DNA from: Phycisphaera mikurensis NBRC 102666
GTDB lineage: Bacteria > Planctomycetota > Phycisphaerae > Phycisphaerales > Phycisphaeraceae
Assembly (NCBI RefSeq): GCF_000284115.1
Contig: NC_017080.1
Location: forward strand, 1-32,000
Length of the DNA stretch: 32,000 nucleotides
Reading direction: 5' to 3'
Shown: in pieces, positions 1-8,788 of the stretch
Layout: every line of letters starts with the position of its first letter
Position numbering within the stretch: the first letter of the stretch is position 1
Translations under genes and position numbers: made by a program
Notes under the pieces: generated by a model
Databases searched by the model: none
What the model was told of the DNA's origin: nothing
What the model saw: only the letters and a program-made list of their open reading frames with translations

Positions 1-116
1 TGCCCACCGATCCCGCCCCCACCGGAAGCCGAGCGCCCGAGGGCGCGGCCGGGCGTACGCCCGGCAGAGGCCGCTCCGGGGCCGCCGCACGCAGCGACGC
101 CACGCTCTGGCGGGAG

Positions 117-1562
117 ATGAACGAGTACCTCTGGGACAAGCACGCCCCGATCTGCAGGCAGTGGTTCTCCGACCTGCACCTCCACCGGCTCGAGCAGGGC
201 CTGCTGGAGATCCGCACCGGCACGGCGATCCAGCGGAACTACCTGCAGAATCGCTGCCTCGAGCCCTTCACCGAGGCGGCGCAGCAGACGACCGGCCAGC
301 TGATCGCCGTCCGCTTCGTGCACGGCCCGCCGCGCACGATCGAGCCCGAGCCCGAGCCCGAGCCGACGCCCCAGCCCGCCGTCGAGCCGGCGGTCGTCTC
401 GCTGCCGCTGCCGCGGACCAGCACCGACGACGTGCGCAAGCTCGCCGCCGAGCGGTCCGCCGCCGCCCGCGAGGCCGAGGAAGCCGCCTTCGCCGGCGGC
501 CCGACGCCCGAGCAGCTCGGCGGCGGGGCCGAGCTCGACGACGGGCTGATCCTCAGCCCCGACCACACCTTCGACCAGTTCGTCGCCGGCCCGAACAACG
601 AGCTGGCGCTGGCCCTGTGCCAGTCGGTGGCCGAGGCCCCCGCCACGGCGTACAACCCGCTGTTCATCCACGGCGGGGTCGGCCTCGGCAAGACCCACCT
701 CCTCCAGGCGATCTGCCTGCAGATCCTCGAGGCCCGGCCGGCGTTCAAGATCGTGTTCGTCTCCTGCGAGAAGTTCACGAACCAGTTCCTGGAGTGCGTC
801 CGCAACGGCCGCTGGGCGCAGTTCCGCCTGCACTACCGCGAGGCCGACATGCTCGTCATCGACGACGTTCACTTCCTCGCCGAGAAGGAGCGGAGCCAGG
901 AAGAGTTCTTCCACACCTTCAACGAGCTGCACGGCCAGAAGAAGCAGATCGTGCTCTCCTCCGACGCCGCCCCTTCGGAGATCCCGGGCCTGACCGACCG
1001 GCTCATCTCTCGCTTCAACTGGGGGGTGGTCGCCCCCGTCGGCGCCCCCAGCTACGAGACGCGGATCGCGATCCTCGAGGCCAAGGCGGAGCTGCGGGGC
1101 CTCGGCGTGCCGCGGACCGTGCTGGAGTACATGGCCCGGCGGATCGACACCAACGCCCGCGAGCTCGAGGGCGCCATCACGACGCTGCAGGCCCACGCCC
1201 ACGTCGCCAAGCGCCCGATCGACCTGGAGCTCGCCCGCCGGGCGATGGGCGACCCCAACGTCGTGACCTCCGGCCGCGTGACGCTCGGCCGCATCGTCGA
1301 CGTGGTCTGCAAGTTCTACTCGGTCAAGCAGAGCGAGCTGCAGAGCAAGCGCCGGCACAAGAGCATCGCCGAGCCGCGGCAGGTCTGCATGTTCATCGCG
1401 CGGCAGCGCACGGACCTCTCGCTCGAAGACATCGGCGGGCACTTCGGCGGGCGGGACCACACTACGGTGATGCACAGCGTGCAGAAGATCACCAAGAAGG
1501 TGGCGGAGGACGAGGTGTTCGCGGCCCAGATCCTCAAGATGACCGAGGATTCGCAGGCCTGA
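117..1562 (+). CDS. dnaA: Chromosomal replication initiator protein DnaA (481 aa)
   Basis: ATG at 117. AAA+ Walker A GGVGLGKTHLLQAI and Walker B MLVIDDVHFL. C-terminal DnaA DNA-binding region SLEDIGGHFGGRDHTTVMHSVQKI. Typical N-terminal domain I and an EPEPEPEP/Pro-rich linker. Confidence 0.97.
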   Translation: MNEYLWDKHAPICRQWFSDLHLHRLEQGLLEIRTGTAIQRNYLQNRCLEPFTEAAQQTTGQLIAVRFVHGPPRTIEPEPEPEPTPQPAVEPAVVSLPLPRTSTDDVRKLAAERSAAAREAEEAAFAGGPTPEQLGGGAELDDGLILSPDHTFDQFVAGPNNELALALCQSVAEAPATAYNPLFIHGGVGLGKTHLLQAICLQILEARPAFKIVFVSCEKFTNQFLECVRNGRWAQFRLHYREADMLVIDDVHFLAEKERSQEEFFHTFNELHGQKKQIVLSSDAAPSEIPGLTDRLISRFNWGVVAPVGAPSYETRIAILEAKAELRGLGVPRTVLEYMARRIDTNARELEGAITTLQAHAHVAKRPIDLELARRAMGDPNVVTSGRVTLGRIVDVVCKFYSVKQSELQSKRRHKSIAEPRQVCMFIARQRTDLSLEDIGGHFGGRDHTTVMHSVQKITKKVAEDEVFAAQILKMTEDSQA

Positions 1563-1635
1563 GCAGGAGGCGGGATCGTCCTGCCGCGCCGAGGCGGGCG
1601 CCGACGCGGGCGGACGGCCGGCGACACGTTCGGGG

Positions 1636-1666
1636 CCGGTCCGCGGAGCCCGCGCCCGCGGACCGG
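1636..1666. terminator. Perfect 11-bp GC-rich inverted repeat (ccggtccgcgg / ccgcggaccgg, 9-nt loop) between convergent dnaA and the permease gene; variant of the REP-like family
   Basis: Read directly: ccggtccgcgg-agcccgcgc-ccgcggaccgg. It sits in the 122-nt spacer between two convergent stop codons. There is no U-tract. The arms are the same 10-mers as the 46-nt elements elsewhere, in swapped order. Confidence 0.45.
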
Positions 1667-1684
1667 TCCCGCGGGTCCCGGCCC

Positions 1685-4600
1685 TCAGCCCGCCGCGGCC
1701 TCCCGCCGGTAGCCCTCGCGGCTCTCGTCCGGCAGCGTCCGCCACAGCAGGAACTGCCGACGCAAGCCCGCGAAGAAGGGCTTGTTGAGCCGGGCGAAGT
1801 CGCCGCGCGTCCCCGACAGCCGGTCGACCACGACGCGGACGCGGTCGACGCCGGCGATGTCGGAGGGCTCGCTCCAGAGGCGCAGCCGCTGGGTGACGCC
1901 CAGGTCGAAGGGGGCGAGGGCGACGTCGGCCAGCAGCGTGGGGGCGTCGCCCCCGTCCGGGCCGGCGGCATCCCCCTCGCCGGGCACGGCGGCGACGGAG
2001 GAGCAGGCGAACCGGCCGATGCCGGCGTCGTCGTGGCTGCGGAAGTGCTCGGCGAGGAAGCCGCGGACGCCGCCCATGTCGGCCGCGCTCACGGTGAAGG
2101 GGAAGACCAGGTCGAGCCGGTCGCCGCCGCCGGGCGTTCTCACCGGCGCCGGCAGCCGCCAGCGGCGGACCAGCCCCGGGTTGGCCGACCTCGCCGCCGC
2201 GGCGGCGGGGTACAGCGAGGACAGCATGACCACCGCCATCACCACGCCGGTGGCGAAGAGCGCGTTGCCGCTGGCGAAGTTCACCGGCAGCTCGGGCACG
2301 AGCCCGCGCTGGGCGAGGGTGGCGGACACGCGTGCCAAGAACAGCGCGAGCAGCTGACCCCCGAGGCCGCCGACGACGGCGTAGACCGCGCCCTCGGCCA
2401 GGAACAGCGCCCCGATGTGCCGCGGCGCCAGCCCCAGCGCCGAGAAGGTGTAGATCTCCTGCTTCCGGTCGGAGATCGAGCCGAGCAGCGTGCCGAAGAC
2501 GATGAGCCCGCCGAGCGCCAGCGGCACGACGATGGCCGCGGCCCCGCTGACCGAGGTGAGCGTGGTGAGCACGCGGCGTTCCAGCCCCGCGGCCCCCGCC
2601 GACCAAGCCGGCTGCGGCAACGCGGTCGCGAGCGCGTCGGCGGTTTCGGCGACGCCGATGCCCCCCGCGGGGAAGACGGTGAGCCCGTCGGGCCGGCCGC
2701 CGAGCTCTTCGGCCAGGCGCACGCCGACGAAGGCGACCTCCGCGACGCCGAGCCGCTCGGCCGCGCCGCCGCCCGCCGACGCGGCGGCGTCGCGGCCGGC
2801 CGACGACCCGCCCGCGGCGCGGTCCCGGCCGGGCTCGAGCACCGGCAGCACGGGCTGGCCATCAACGTGGCGCAGCCGCCCGATGCGGTCGGCGTCGAGA
2901 ACCCCCGCGAGGCGCACGCGTCGGCCCGCGAGCCGGAAGCGGTCGCCGACCTCCAGGCGCAGCGACCGCGCCGCCGCGGGGTTGAGGAAGACGCCGTCGG
3001 CGGAGAGCTCGCCAGCGAGGGTGGCGGCGGTGAACCGCTCGGGCCCGACGCCCGACGCGGTGGCGCTGGCGAGCGCCCGCGAGAGCGCCGGCCAGCGCCG
3101 CGGCAGGCGCGGGTCGATCCCGACCACGCAGCGGATCCGGCCGTCGGCGGTGCCGTCCTCCCGGGCGAGCGCGAGGCCGCCGCCGGGCACGCCCTCGGCG
3201 AGGCCCGGCGGGTCGATGCGCCAGGTCGCGAGGGCCTCGGCGGGTCCGCCGGCGCCCACGCCGCCGCCGGCCGCGCCGCCGAGCAGCGACGCGTCGCGGC
3301 CGCCCGCGGCCGAGGCCGCCGCGCCCGCCAACTCCGCCGCGGCCCGCGGGAGCGGGCCGCCGTCGACGCGACGCACCAGCACCGCGTCCGTGGGCGTGCC
3401 CGGACCCGGCGTGCCGACCGCGGCGAGCCCCACGCCCAGCCGCCGCTCGAAGCCGGCGAAGCAGAGCACGGTGAAGGTCAGCACCACCACCGTGAGCGTG
3501 GTGAGCGCGGTGCGGGTCTTCCGCCGCCGCATGGTCGAGATGCCCATCTGCACCGCCGCCAGCAGCGCCGCGACCTGGCCCGCGTTCTGCGGTTGCCCGC
3601 CCTCGCCGTGCAGCTTCGCGAGCTGCACGCGGAACTTGGAGATCAGCAGCACGATCACCAGCCCCGAGAGCAGCAGGATCGCGAAGGCGAGGAACACGAT
3701 GATCGGCGTCGAGGCCACGGCGAAGCCGGGGTGCAGCGCGTACAGCGCCGCGAAGGTGAGCCCGAAGCAGACCGCGAAGCCGGCGACGCGGCCCCGGATG
3801 CCCTTGGCGCCGATCAGCAAGCGCTCGCCGAAGAAGGCGAAGGGCACCGCCAGGGCGAGCAGCAGCACGACGGCGTTGACGAGGTCGTCCATCGCGGCGC
3901 GCAGCGGGTTGTAGACCCGCTGGCCCAGGGCGAAGGCCAGGCGGGCCGCCTCGGGCGCGGCCTCGCCGCCGCCGGCGGCGTTGTCCAGCGCGGCGCGGGC
4001 GTCGCGGTGCAGGCGTTCGAGGTCGCCGCGGAGGATCCCGCGGGCGCGGAGCGCCGCCAGGCGCGACTCGTTGAGCGACCAGAGGTTGCCGGCCGAAGCC
4101 AGCAGCACCGACACCCCGCCGCGACCGGACCCCGCGGCCGCGGGGTCCGCCGGCCCGGCGGCGGGTGCGAACTCCCCGGGCGGCAGCAGCAGCGGGCCCT
4201 CCGGCTGGAAGACGCGGACGCCCGAGTCGGCCAGGCCGGGCGTCAGGTGGTAGAAGCCGAACGGCCCGGCTTGGCCCACGAGCGCATCGGCGGGGCGTGG
4301 CCGCGACCCCGCGGCCCCCAGCAGCACGGTGAATCGCCCGGGCGCCGTCGGCTCATCCGGGCGGAGCGTGACGACGGCGGAACCGGACGCCGCCGCCGAC
4401 CCGTCGCCCAAACCCAGCCCCAGGAGGTCGGTCCGCAGCGCCGCCGCCGGCGTCCCGCCCACGCGCTCCTGCGTGCTCACCGCGGTCAGTGCGCCGCGGG
4501 CGTCGTGCGTCGCCCCCAGCGTGGCCAGCTGGCGGTCGAGGTCGGCGTGGGCGGCCACCACGTCGAAGCGGCCGGCGCCATCGGCGACGACCATCCGCGC

Positions 4601-6889
4601 CGGCTCGTACGAGGGAATCGCCCGGCGGGCGAGGCTGTTCCACGCGTTGGCCGGATCGGCCGGCATCGGGAACAGCGCGACGACCGCCCCGGGCGCCGGC
4701 CGGTCTTCCGCGAGCCCGCCGGCCACCCGCTGCTGCACCACCGGGCCCACCGGCACGCCCAGCGAGTCGTCCGCGGCGCCCGCCGCCGCGACGGCCGCGG
4801 GCCGCCGCGTGCCCGCCCGGTTGTCGATCGCCTTGTCGGCGAAGGGCGCCCGGTCGGGCAGGCCCGGCCGGTTCAGCCCGGCGACGAACAGCCGCAGCGC
4901 CGCGTCGCCCTGGGCCGCGAAGCCGGCGGCGTCCAAAGCGGCGAGCGTGTCGCCGGGGTGGCCGTCGCGGCGTCGGGCGTCGTGGCAGGTGGCGAAGGCG
5001 ACGTTGAAGAAGCCGTGCGTGCCGGCCAGGAAGCCGCTGTGCACGAGCGGGCCGGGCACGGCCAGGCGCCCCGCGGCCGGGTCACGCAGCGTCTCGGCGT
5101 CGAGGCCGCGGAACGCTGGCGCGTCGCCGGCGGCGGCCGCCGCCGCGGCGAAGTGGCCGAGCACCCGCTGGTGGTAGCCGGGCGCGTCCGCCTCGGGCGA
5201 GAGGCTCCACGCCGCGCCCACCCGCCCGGCGTCCGACCCGGCCACCACGCCCCAGGACGGGCCCTCGCCGGAGAGGTCCAGCGAGGCGTGCAGAGCCACG
5301 CGCACGGCACGGGCGTCGCCGGCGACGCGGCCCGACGCCGCGGCCTGCACCGCTTCCTGCTGCCCCAGCTCGACCTGCCGCCGTGCCGCCGCCGTCGAGC
5401 GTGCCCGCAGCGCCGCCCGGGCCGCGGCGAGCAGCTCCCGCCCCTCCCGCGGCGCCGCCTCCACCGTGAAGAGCGTCCCCGCGTCGGCCGCCTCGTGCAC
5501 GTGGCGCCGCACCGCGTCCCAGCGGGCGACGCGACCGGACACCGTCGGCAGCATCGCTCCCGCCGCTTCGTCACCCCGCGCCGCCTCCAGCCGCAGCAGC
5601 CGCAGCTCCCGCGCCGCGTCGGCCCGGGCCCACGCCGCCCGGGCCGCCAGGAGCGGGCGCAGCGATGCGGCGGCCGAGGCCGGCAGGCCGCGCGCCGCGT
5701 CGGCGTCCTGCGGGAGCGTCCGCAGGGCGAGCGTCGACGCCGCCAGGTCGCGGGCGGCGGCCTGGATCGCCTCCCGCCGCCGGGCCGGGTCGTCGGTGAG
5801 CGCCGCGTAGAACGTCCGGGCCCCCTGCATCCCGCGGCCGGCGTTGTCGAGGAAAACCAGCACGACCCGCCGCGGCGGCGGGTCGGCCGCGAGGCGCCGG
5901 GCCGCCTCCAGCAGCAGCGCCGCGTTGGCCGCGTTCCGCGCCCCCGGGCCGCGCTCTGGCACGCTGCCGAAGCTGTCCAGGTCGGCCGCGAGCACGACCG
6001 GCCGCCGCCGCGCCGCCGCCGCGGTCAGCGCCGGCGTGGCCCCCGGGGCCGGCTCGATGACCGCCACCACGCTGCGGCCCGTCGCCGCCACCACCGGCAC
6101 CGCCGCCTCCAGCGTCGCCTCGGCGCCGCCCGCGGTCAGGTCCAGCCCCGCGGAGAGCCCGCTGCCGGGATCGACCTCGGCGAAGAAGCGGGGCAGGTTC
6201 ATCGGCGCCGGAACCGACTTCATCGCTTCGCCCGCCGCGACGCCCGCCTCGGCCCGGAAGACCACCGCCGCCGCGCCCAGCGCGAAGGCTCGCTCCCACG
6301 CCTCCTGCGGCACGTCATAATCGAGCACCACGATCGGGGCCGCGTCGCCCGGCGTCGCCACCGCCGCCGCGACCTCCGCGGCCGACCCCCGCCCCGCGTA
6401 CCGCAGCGGCCCGGTCAGCCCGCCCGCGGGCGTGACCGGCGGGCACACCAGGTTCGGCCGGCACGGGAACAGCGGCACCACGCCCCGCTCGAAGCCGTTG
6501 GCGTCGCGGACCGTCAGCCGCACGCCGCTCTTGGCCCCGCCGTCCGCGGCACCGGCTCCCGGTCCGGGTCCTTGCTCCAGCCGCGGCATCGTCTGCCACA
6601 CCGGCATCTCCAGCGGCAGCACCTCGTCCACCCCCGCCTCCCGCAGCCGCTGCATCACGTACGCCGAGGCGTCCCGCCCCGGCTCGGTCCCGGCCAGCCG
6701 GTGCGGGTACGACGCCAGCCTCGCGAGGTCCCGCTCGAAAGCGGGCCCCAGCGAGGAAGGCTCCCGGGCGGCCGCCCGACCGCCAAGAAGCACCGCCGCG
6801 AGGACGGCGAGGATGCCCAACCCGCGGACCCGACGGCCCGCGGAGCGAGCGTCCGACGCCGAGCCCGGAGAAGCGTTCCGAGCGTTCAA
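1685..6889 (-). CDS. Giant ABC-transporter permease (1734 aa): N-terminal anchor, PA/M28-peptidase-like ectodomain, 3-TM cluster, MacB-type TM plus second ectodomain, C-terminal FtsX module, 163-aa cytoplasmic tail
   Basis: One uninterrupted frame. Proposed TTG start at 6889 overlaps the ATPase stop (TTGA). Anchor GLGILAVLAAVLLGG. PA-like PIVVLDYDVPQEAWERAFALGAAAVVF. M28-like VVLAADLDSFG, PGARNAANAALLLEAARRLA, VVLVFLDNAGRGMQGARTFY and GHPGDTLAALD. MacB-like MRRRKTRTALTTLTVVVLTFTVLCFAGF. FtsX motif SISDRKQEIYTFSALGLAPRHIGALFLAEGAVYAVVGG. The start codon is uncertain. Confidence 0.85.
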   Translation of the reverse strand: MNARNASPGSASDARSAGRRVRGLGILAVLAAVLLGGRAAAREPSSLGPAFERDLARLASYPHRLAGTEPGRDASAYVMQRLREAGVDEVLPLEMPVWQTMPRLEQGPGPGAGAADGGAKSGVRLTVRDANGFERGVVPLFPCRPNLVCPPVTPAGGLTGPLRYAGRGSAAEVAAAVATPGDAAPIVVLDYDVPQEAWERAFALGAAAVVFRAEAGVAAGEAMKSVPAPMNLPRFFAEVDPGSGLSAGLDLTAGGAEATLEAAVPVVAATGRSVVAVIEPAPGATPALTAAAARRRPVVLAADLDSFGSVPERGPGARNAANAALLLEAARRLAADPPPRRVVLVFLDNAGRGMQGARTFYAALTDDPARRREAIQAAARDLAASTLALRTLPQDADAARGLPASAAASLRPLLAARAAWARADAARELRLLRLEAARGDEAAGAMLPTVSGRVARWDAVRRHVHEAADAGTLFTVEAAPREGRELLAAARAALRARSTAAARRQVELGQQEAVQAAASGRVAGDARAVRVALHASLDLSGEGPSWGVVAGSDAGRVGAAWSLSPEADAPGYHQRVLGHFAAAAAAAGDAPAFRGLDAETLRDPAAGRLAVPGPLVHSGFLAGTHGFFNVAFATCHDARRRDGHPGDTLAALDAAGFAAQGDAALRLFVAGLNRPGLPDRAPFADKAIDNRAGTRRPAAVAAAGAADDSLGVPVGPVVQQRVAGGLAEDRPAPGAVVALFPMPADPANAWNSLARRAIPSYEPARMVVADGAGRFDVVAAHADLDRQLATLGATHDARGALTAVSTQERVGGTPAAALRTDLLGLGLGDGSAAASGSAVVTLRPDEPTAPGRFTVLLGAAGSRPRPADALVGQAGPFGFYHLTPGLADSGVRVFQPEGPLLLPPGEFAPAAGPADPAAAGSGRGGVSVLLASAGNLWSLNESRLAALRARGILRGDLERLHRDARAALDNAAGGGEAAPEAARLAFALGQRVYNPLRAAMDDLVNAVVLLLALAVPFAFFGERLLIGAKGIRGRVAGFAVCFGLTFAALYALHPGFAVASTPIIVFLAFAILLLSGLVIVLLISKFRVQLAKLHGEGGQPQNAGQVAALLAAVQMGISTMRRRKTRTALTTLTVVVLTFTVLCFAGFERRLGVGLAAVGTPGPGTPTDAVLVRRVDGGPLPRAAAELAGAAASAAGGRDASLLGGAAGGGVGAGGPAEALATWRIDPPGLAEGVPGGGLALAREDGTADGRIRCVVGIDPRLPRRWPALSRALASATASGVGPERFTAATLAGELSADGVFLNPAAARSLRLEVGDRFRLAGRRVRLAGVLDADRIGRLRHVDGQPVLPVLEPGRDRAAGGSSAGRDAAASAGGGAAERLGVAEVAFVGVRLAEELGGRPDGLTVFPAGGIGVAETADALATALPQPAWSAGAAGLERRVLTTLTSVSGAAAIVVPLALGGLIVFGTLLGSISDRKQEIYTFSALGLAPRHIGALFLAEGAVYAVVGGLGGQLLALFLARVSATLAQRGLVPELPVNFASGNALFATGVVMAVVMLSSLYPAAAAARSANPGLVRRWRLPAPVRTPGGGDRLDLVFPFTVSAADMGGVRGFLAEHFRSHDDAGIGRFACSSVAAVPGEGDAAGPDGGDAPTLLADVALAPFDLGVTQRLRLWSEPSDIAGVDRVRVVVDRLSGTRGDFARLNKPFFAGLRRQFLLWRTLPDESREGYRREAAAG

Positions 6890-7662
6890 GGCTCTTCCCC
6901 CGCCACCGAGCCCACCGTGATCCGCACGTCCTCGCGTTCCTGCACGCGGTCGAGGCGGCCGTCTTTGATCCACATGATGCGGTCGCACAGGGCCAGCAAG
7001 CGGTGGTCGTGCGTCGAGCAAACCACCGTCACCCCCGCGTCGCGGTTGATCCGCACGAGCAGGTCCAGGACGTCCTGGCCGGTCGCGAAATCCAGGTTCG
7101 CCGTGGGCTCGTCCGCCAGCAGGATCGCCGGGCGGTTGGCCAGCGCACGGGCGATCGCCACCCGCTGCTGCTGCCCGCCGGAGAGCTCGACGGGCCGGTG
7201 ATCCCACCGCTGGGCGATCCCCACCGTCTCCAGCAGGGCCATCCCCCGGCCGCGCGCCGCGTCGGGATCGACACCCGCGAAAGCCATGGGCACCGTCACG
7301 TTCTCCAGCGCCGTCATGTACCGCACGAGGTTGTACTGCTGGAAGATGTACCCGATCTTGCGGCAGCGGAGGAAGGCCAGCTCCGCCGCCGACAGCTGCG
7401 CGACGTCCACCTCGTCGATCAGGATCCGCCCGCCGGTGGGCCCGTCCAGCCCGCCGATCATGTTGAAGAAGGTCGATTTGCCCGAGCCCGACGGCCCCAT
7501 CACCGCGATCAGCTCGCCCCGGTGGATCACCGCGTCGACCCCGCGGAGCGCGTGCGTCGCCGCGTCGCCGCCGCCGTAGACCTTGGTGAGGCCGACGGTG
7601 CGGATGATCGGAACCGGCGCCCCGGGATCGAGCGGGGGCGGTGGCGTGGCGGACGCTTCCAT
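6886..7662 (-). CDS. ABC transporter ATP-binding protein, MacB/LolD-type (258 aa)
   Basis: ATG at 7662 (MEASATPPPP...). Walker A GPSGSGKST, Q-loop FQQYNL, signature LSGGQQQRVAIARAL, Walker B ILLADEPT, H-loop CSTHD. The track ORF extends to 7800 through Arg/Gly-rich sequence that I do not accept as coding. Confidence 0.95.
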   Translation of the reverse strand: MEASATPPPPLDPGAPVPIIRTVGLTKVYGGGDAATHALRGVDAVIHRGELIAVMGPSGSGKSTFFNMIGGLDGPTGGRILIDEVDVAQLSAAELAFLRCRKIGYIFQQYNLVRYMTALENVTVPMAFAGVDPDAARGRGMALLETVGIAQRWDHRPVELSGGQQQRVAIARALANRPAILLADEPTANLDFATGQDVLDLLVRINRDAGVTVVCSTHDHRLLALCDRIMWIKDGRLDRVQEREDVRITVGSVAGEEP

Positions 7663-7709
7663 GCGGGCCGGGAGCGTACGGAAGCGGGCGGCCGCCCCGG
7701 CCCCCGACG

Positions 7710-7755
7710 CCGCGGACCGGAGGCCGGAACGCGGCCCGGCGGCCACGGTCCGCGG
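7710..7755. repeat. REP-like 46-nt palindromic element, copy 1 (CCGCGGACCG-N26-CGGTCCGCGG)
   Basis: ccgcggaccg-gaggccggaacgcggcccggcggcca-cggtccgcgg. The stem extends to 11 bp with g7709/c7756. Intergenic, between tRNA-Gly and the ABC ATPase start. Confidence 0.75.
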
Positions 7756-7808
7756 CGGCGGCGGCGCGACGCGTCCGTTTCCGCTTCCGCTTCCGCGCAC
7801 GAGGACAA

Positions 7809-7824
7809 GCCGCCCGGGGGCGGC
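7809..7824 (-). terminator. Short GC hairpin downstream of tRNA-Gly (gccgcc-cggg-ggcggc)
   Basis: 6-bp perfect stem with a 4-nt loop, 22 nt after the tRNA 3' end on the minus strand, followed by cttgtcc. Weak U-tract. Confidence 0.3.
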
Positions 7825-7845
7825 CCGCTCCTGCGTCGGCGAACT

Positions 7846-7917
7846 AGCGGGTGATGAGGATCGAACTCACGACATTTACCTTGGCAAGGTAACGCTCTAC
7901 CGCTGAGCTACACCCGC
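7846..7917 (-). tRNA. tRNA-Gly (anticodon GCC), 72 nt, CCA not encoded
   Basis: Hand-folded cloverleaf: GCGGGTG-TA-GCTC-AGCGGTA-GAGC-G-TTACC-TTGCCAA-GGTAA-ATGTC-GTGAG-TTCGATC-CTCAT-CACCCGC-T. The acceptor stem is perfect, the T-loop is TTCGATC and the anticodon loop is TT-GCC-AA. Confidence 0.95.
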
Positions 7918-7967
7918 GTGAGTGGCGGAGAGTGTAGACGGTCGCCGCTTGGCGTCAACCGGCTTCC

Positions 7968-8666
7968 TCAGCGGTTGGAGAGCACCTGCAGGAGGTCGGG
8001 AAGCGGGGCCTGGCGGTCGGTGAAGGTGAGGATCAGGCGTGCGATCGACGGCTGCTCCTCGCGGCGGAAGCGGACGGCGTTGTCGCCGAGGTGGAAGTGA
8101 TCCATCACCAGCTCGGTGTCCAGCGCCACCGTTTCGCCCATGCCCAGCGGCTCGTCGTCGGCGACCGTGAGCCGGAAGGTCGTGCCCGGCTGGTACTGGA
8201 TGAGCGGGGCGTCGACGAGTGTCTCGACGTCGACGCGGCCCTGCTGGTCGATCATCACCTCCTTCACGTCGGCGGCGAAGAGGTCCCAGCTGCCGATGAG
8301 GGTGTCGCCGCGGGTGCTGGAGGTGTGCACCGTGTTGCCCTGCCAGGCGATGCGGTAGACCGGGTCGGGCCCCGAGTCGCCCCAGTCCCAGGCTTCGCCG
8401 CCGGGGCCTTGCGGCCGGAACTCGACGAGCTTGAGGTGGACGTAGTAGTCGTGCCCGGGCACCAGCGGCGGCGGCCCGATCGGTTCGGCCTCGGGGCCGG
8501 GGTCGGCCGCCGCCGCCGCGCCGAGCGACGGCAGCCCCCCGCCGCCGTGCCAGTGCACGCCGAAGGCGGCCGCCGCCACCAACGCCACCAGGACCAACGC
8601 TCCCGCCAGCGGCTTCAAGCCCGACCCGCGGCCCCGCGGGTGCTCACTGGATCCGGGCTCCGGCAC
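7968..8666 (-). CDS. Hypothetical single-pass membrane protein with C2-like beta-sandwich ectodomain
   Basis: GTG at 8666; an alternative TTG at 8618 would give MKPLAGALVLVALVAAAAFG. Signal-anchor LKPLAGALVLVALVAAAAFGV. C2-like pattern YVHLKLVEF...DSGPDPVYRIAWQGNTVHTSSTRGDTLIGSWD...FRLTVADDEPLGMGETVA. The track start at 8873 would overlap the methyltransferase 3' end and is Arg-rich, so I reject it. Confidence 0.6.
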   Translation of the reverse strand: MPEPGSSEHPRGRGSGLKPLAGALVLVALVAAAAFGVHWHGGGGLPSLGAAAAADPGPEAEPIGPPPLVPGHDYYVHLKLVEFRPQGPGGEAWDWGDSGPDPVYRIAWQGNTVHTSSTRGDTLIGSWDLFAADVKEVMIDQQGRVDVETLVDAPLIQYQPGTTFRLTVADDEPLGMGETVALDTELVMDHFHLGDNAVRFRREEQPSIARLILTFTDRQAPLPDLLQVLSNR

Positions 8667-8788
8667 GCGGCGATCGTAGAGCGGCGCGGATCCCGAAGGC
8701 CACGGCGGTCCGCGCGTCCGTGCGGCCGCGACGCTCCCGCCGCGGCGGCGGGCGCGGAGGCTCCCGCTCCGGCGAGCTCCCGGCGACC

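Noticed and set aside
342-365. Hexanucleotide tandem repeat (gagccc x3 plus gagccg) in dnaA
   Set aside because: It encodes the EPEPEPEP domain-II linker, is in frame and lies in a region known to tolerate length variation. It is not a regulatory or mobile feature.
161-7201. 2346-aa plus-strand ORF, the longest in the track
   Set aside because: It overlaps dnaA in another frame and runs antisense to the well-supported ABC permease and ATPase genes. Its translation is monotonous Arg/Ala/Gly/Pro low-complexity sequence with no motifs. This is a typical stop-codon-poor shadow frame in very GC-rich DNA.
7779-7796. Tandem ttccgc x3 between tRNA-Gly and the ABC ATPase
   Set aside because: It is only three short units in a GC-rich spacer and does not recur elsewhere in the window. 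Most likely it is trivial low-complexity sequence.
7846-7917. tRNA-Gly as an integration site for the downstream ABC module
   Set aside because: I saw no integrase gene and no direct repeat of the tRNA 3' end (ttcgatcctcatcacccgc) elsewhere in the window. The flanking genes show no visible composition shift.
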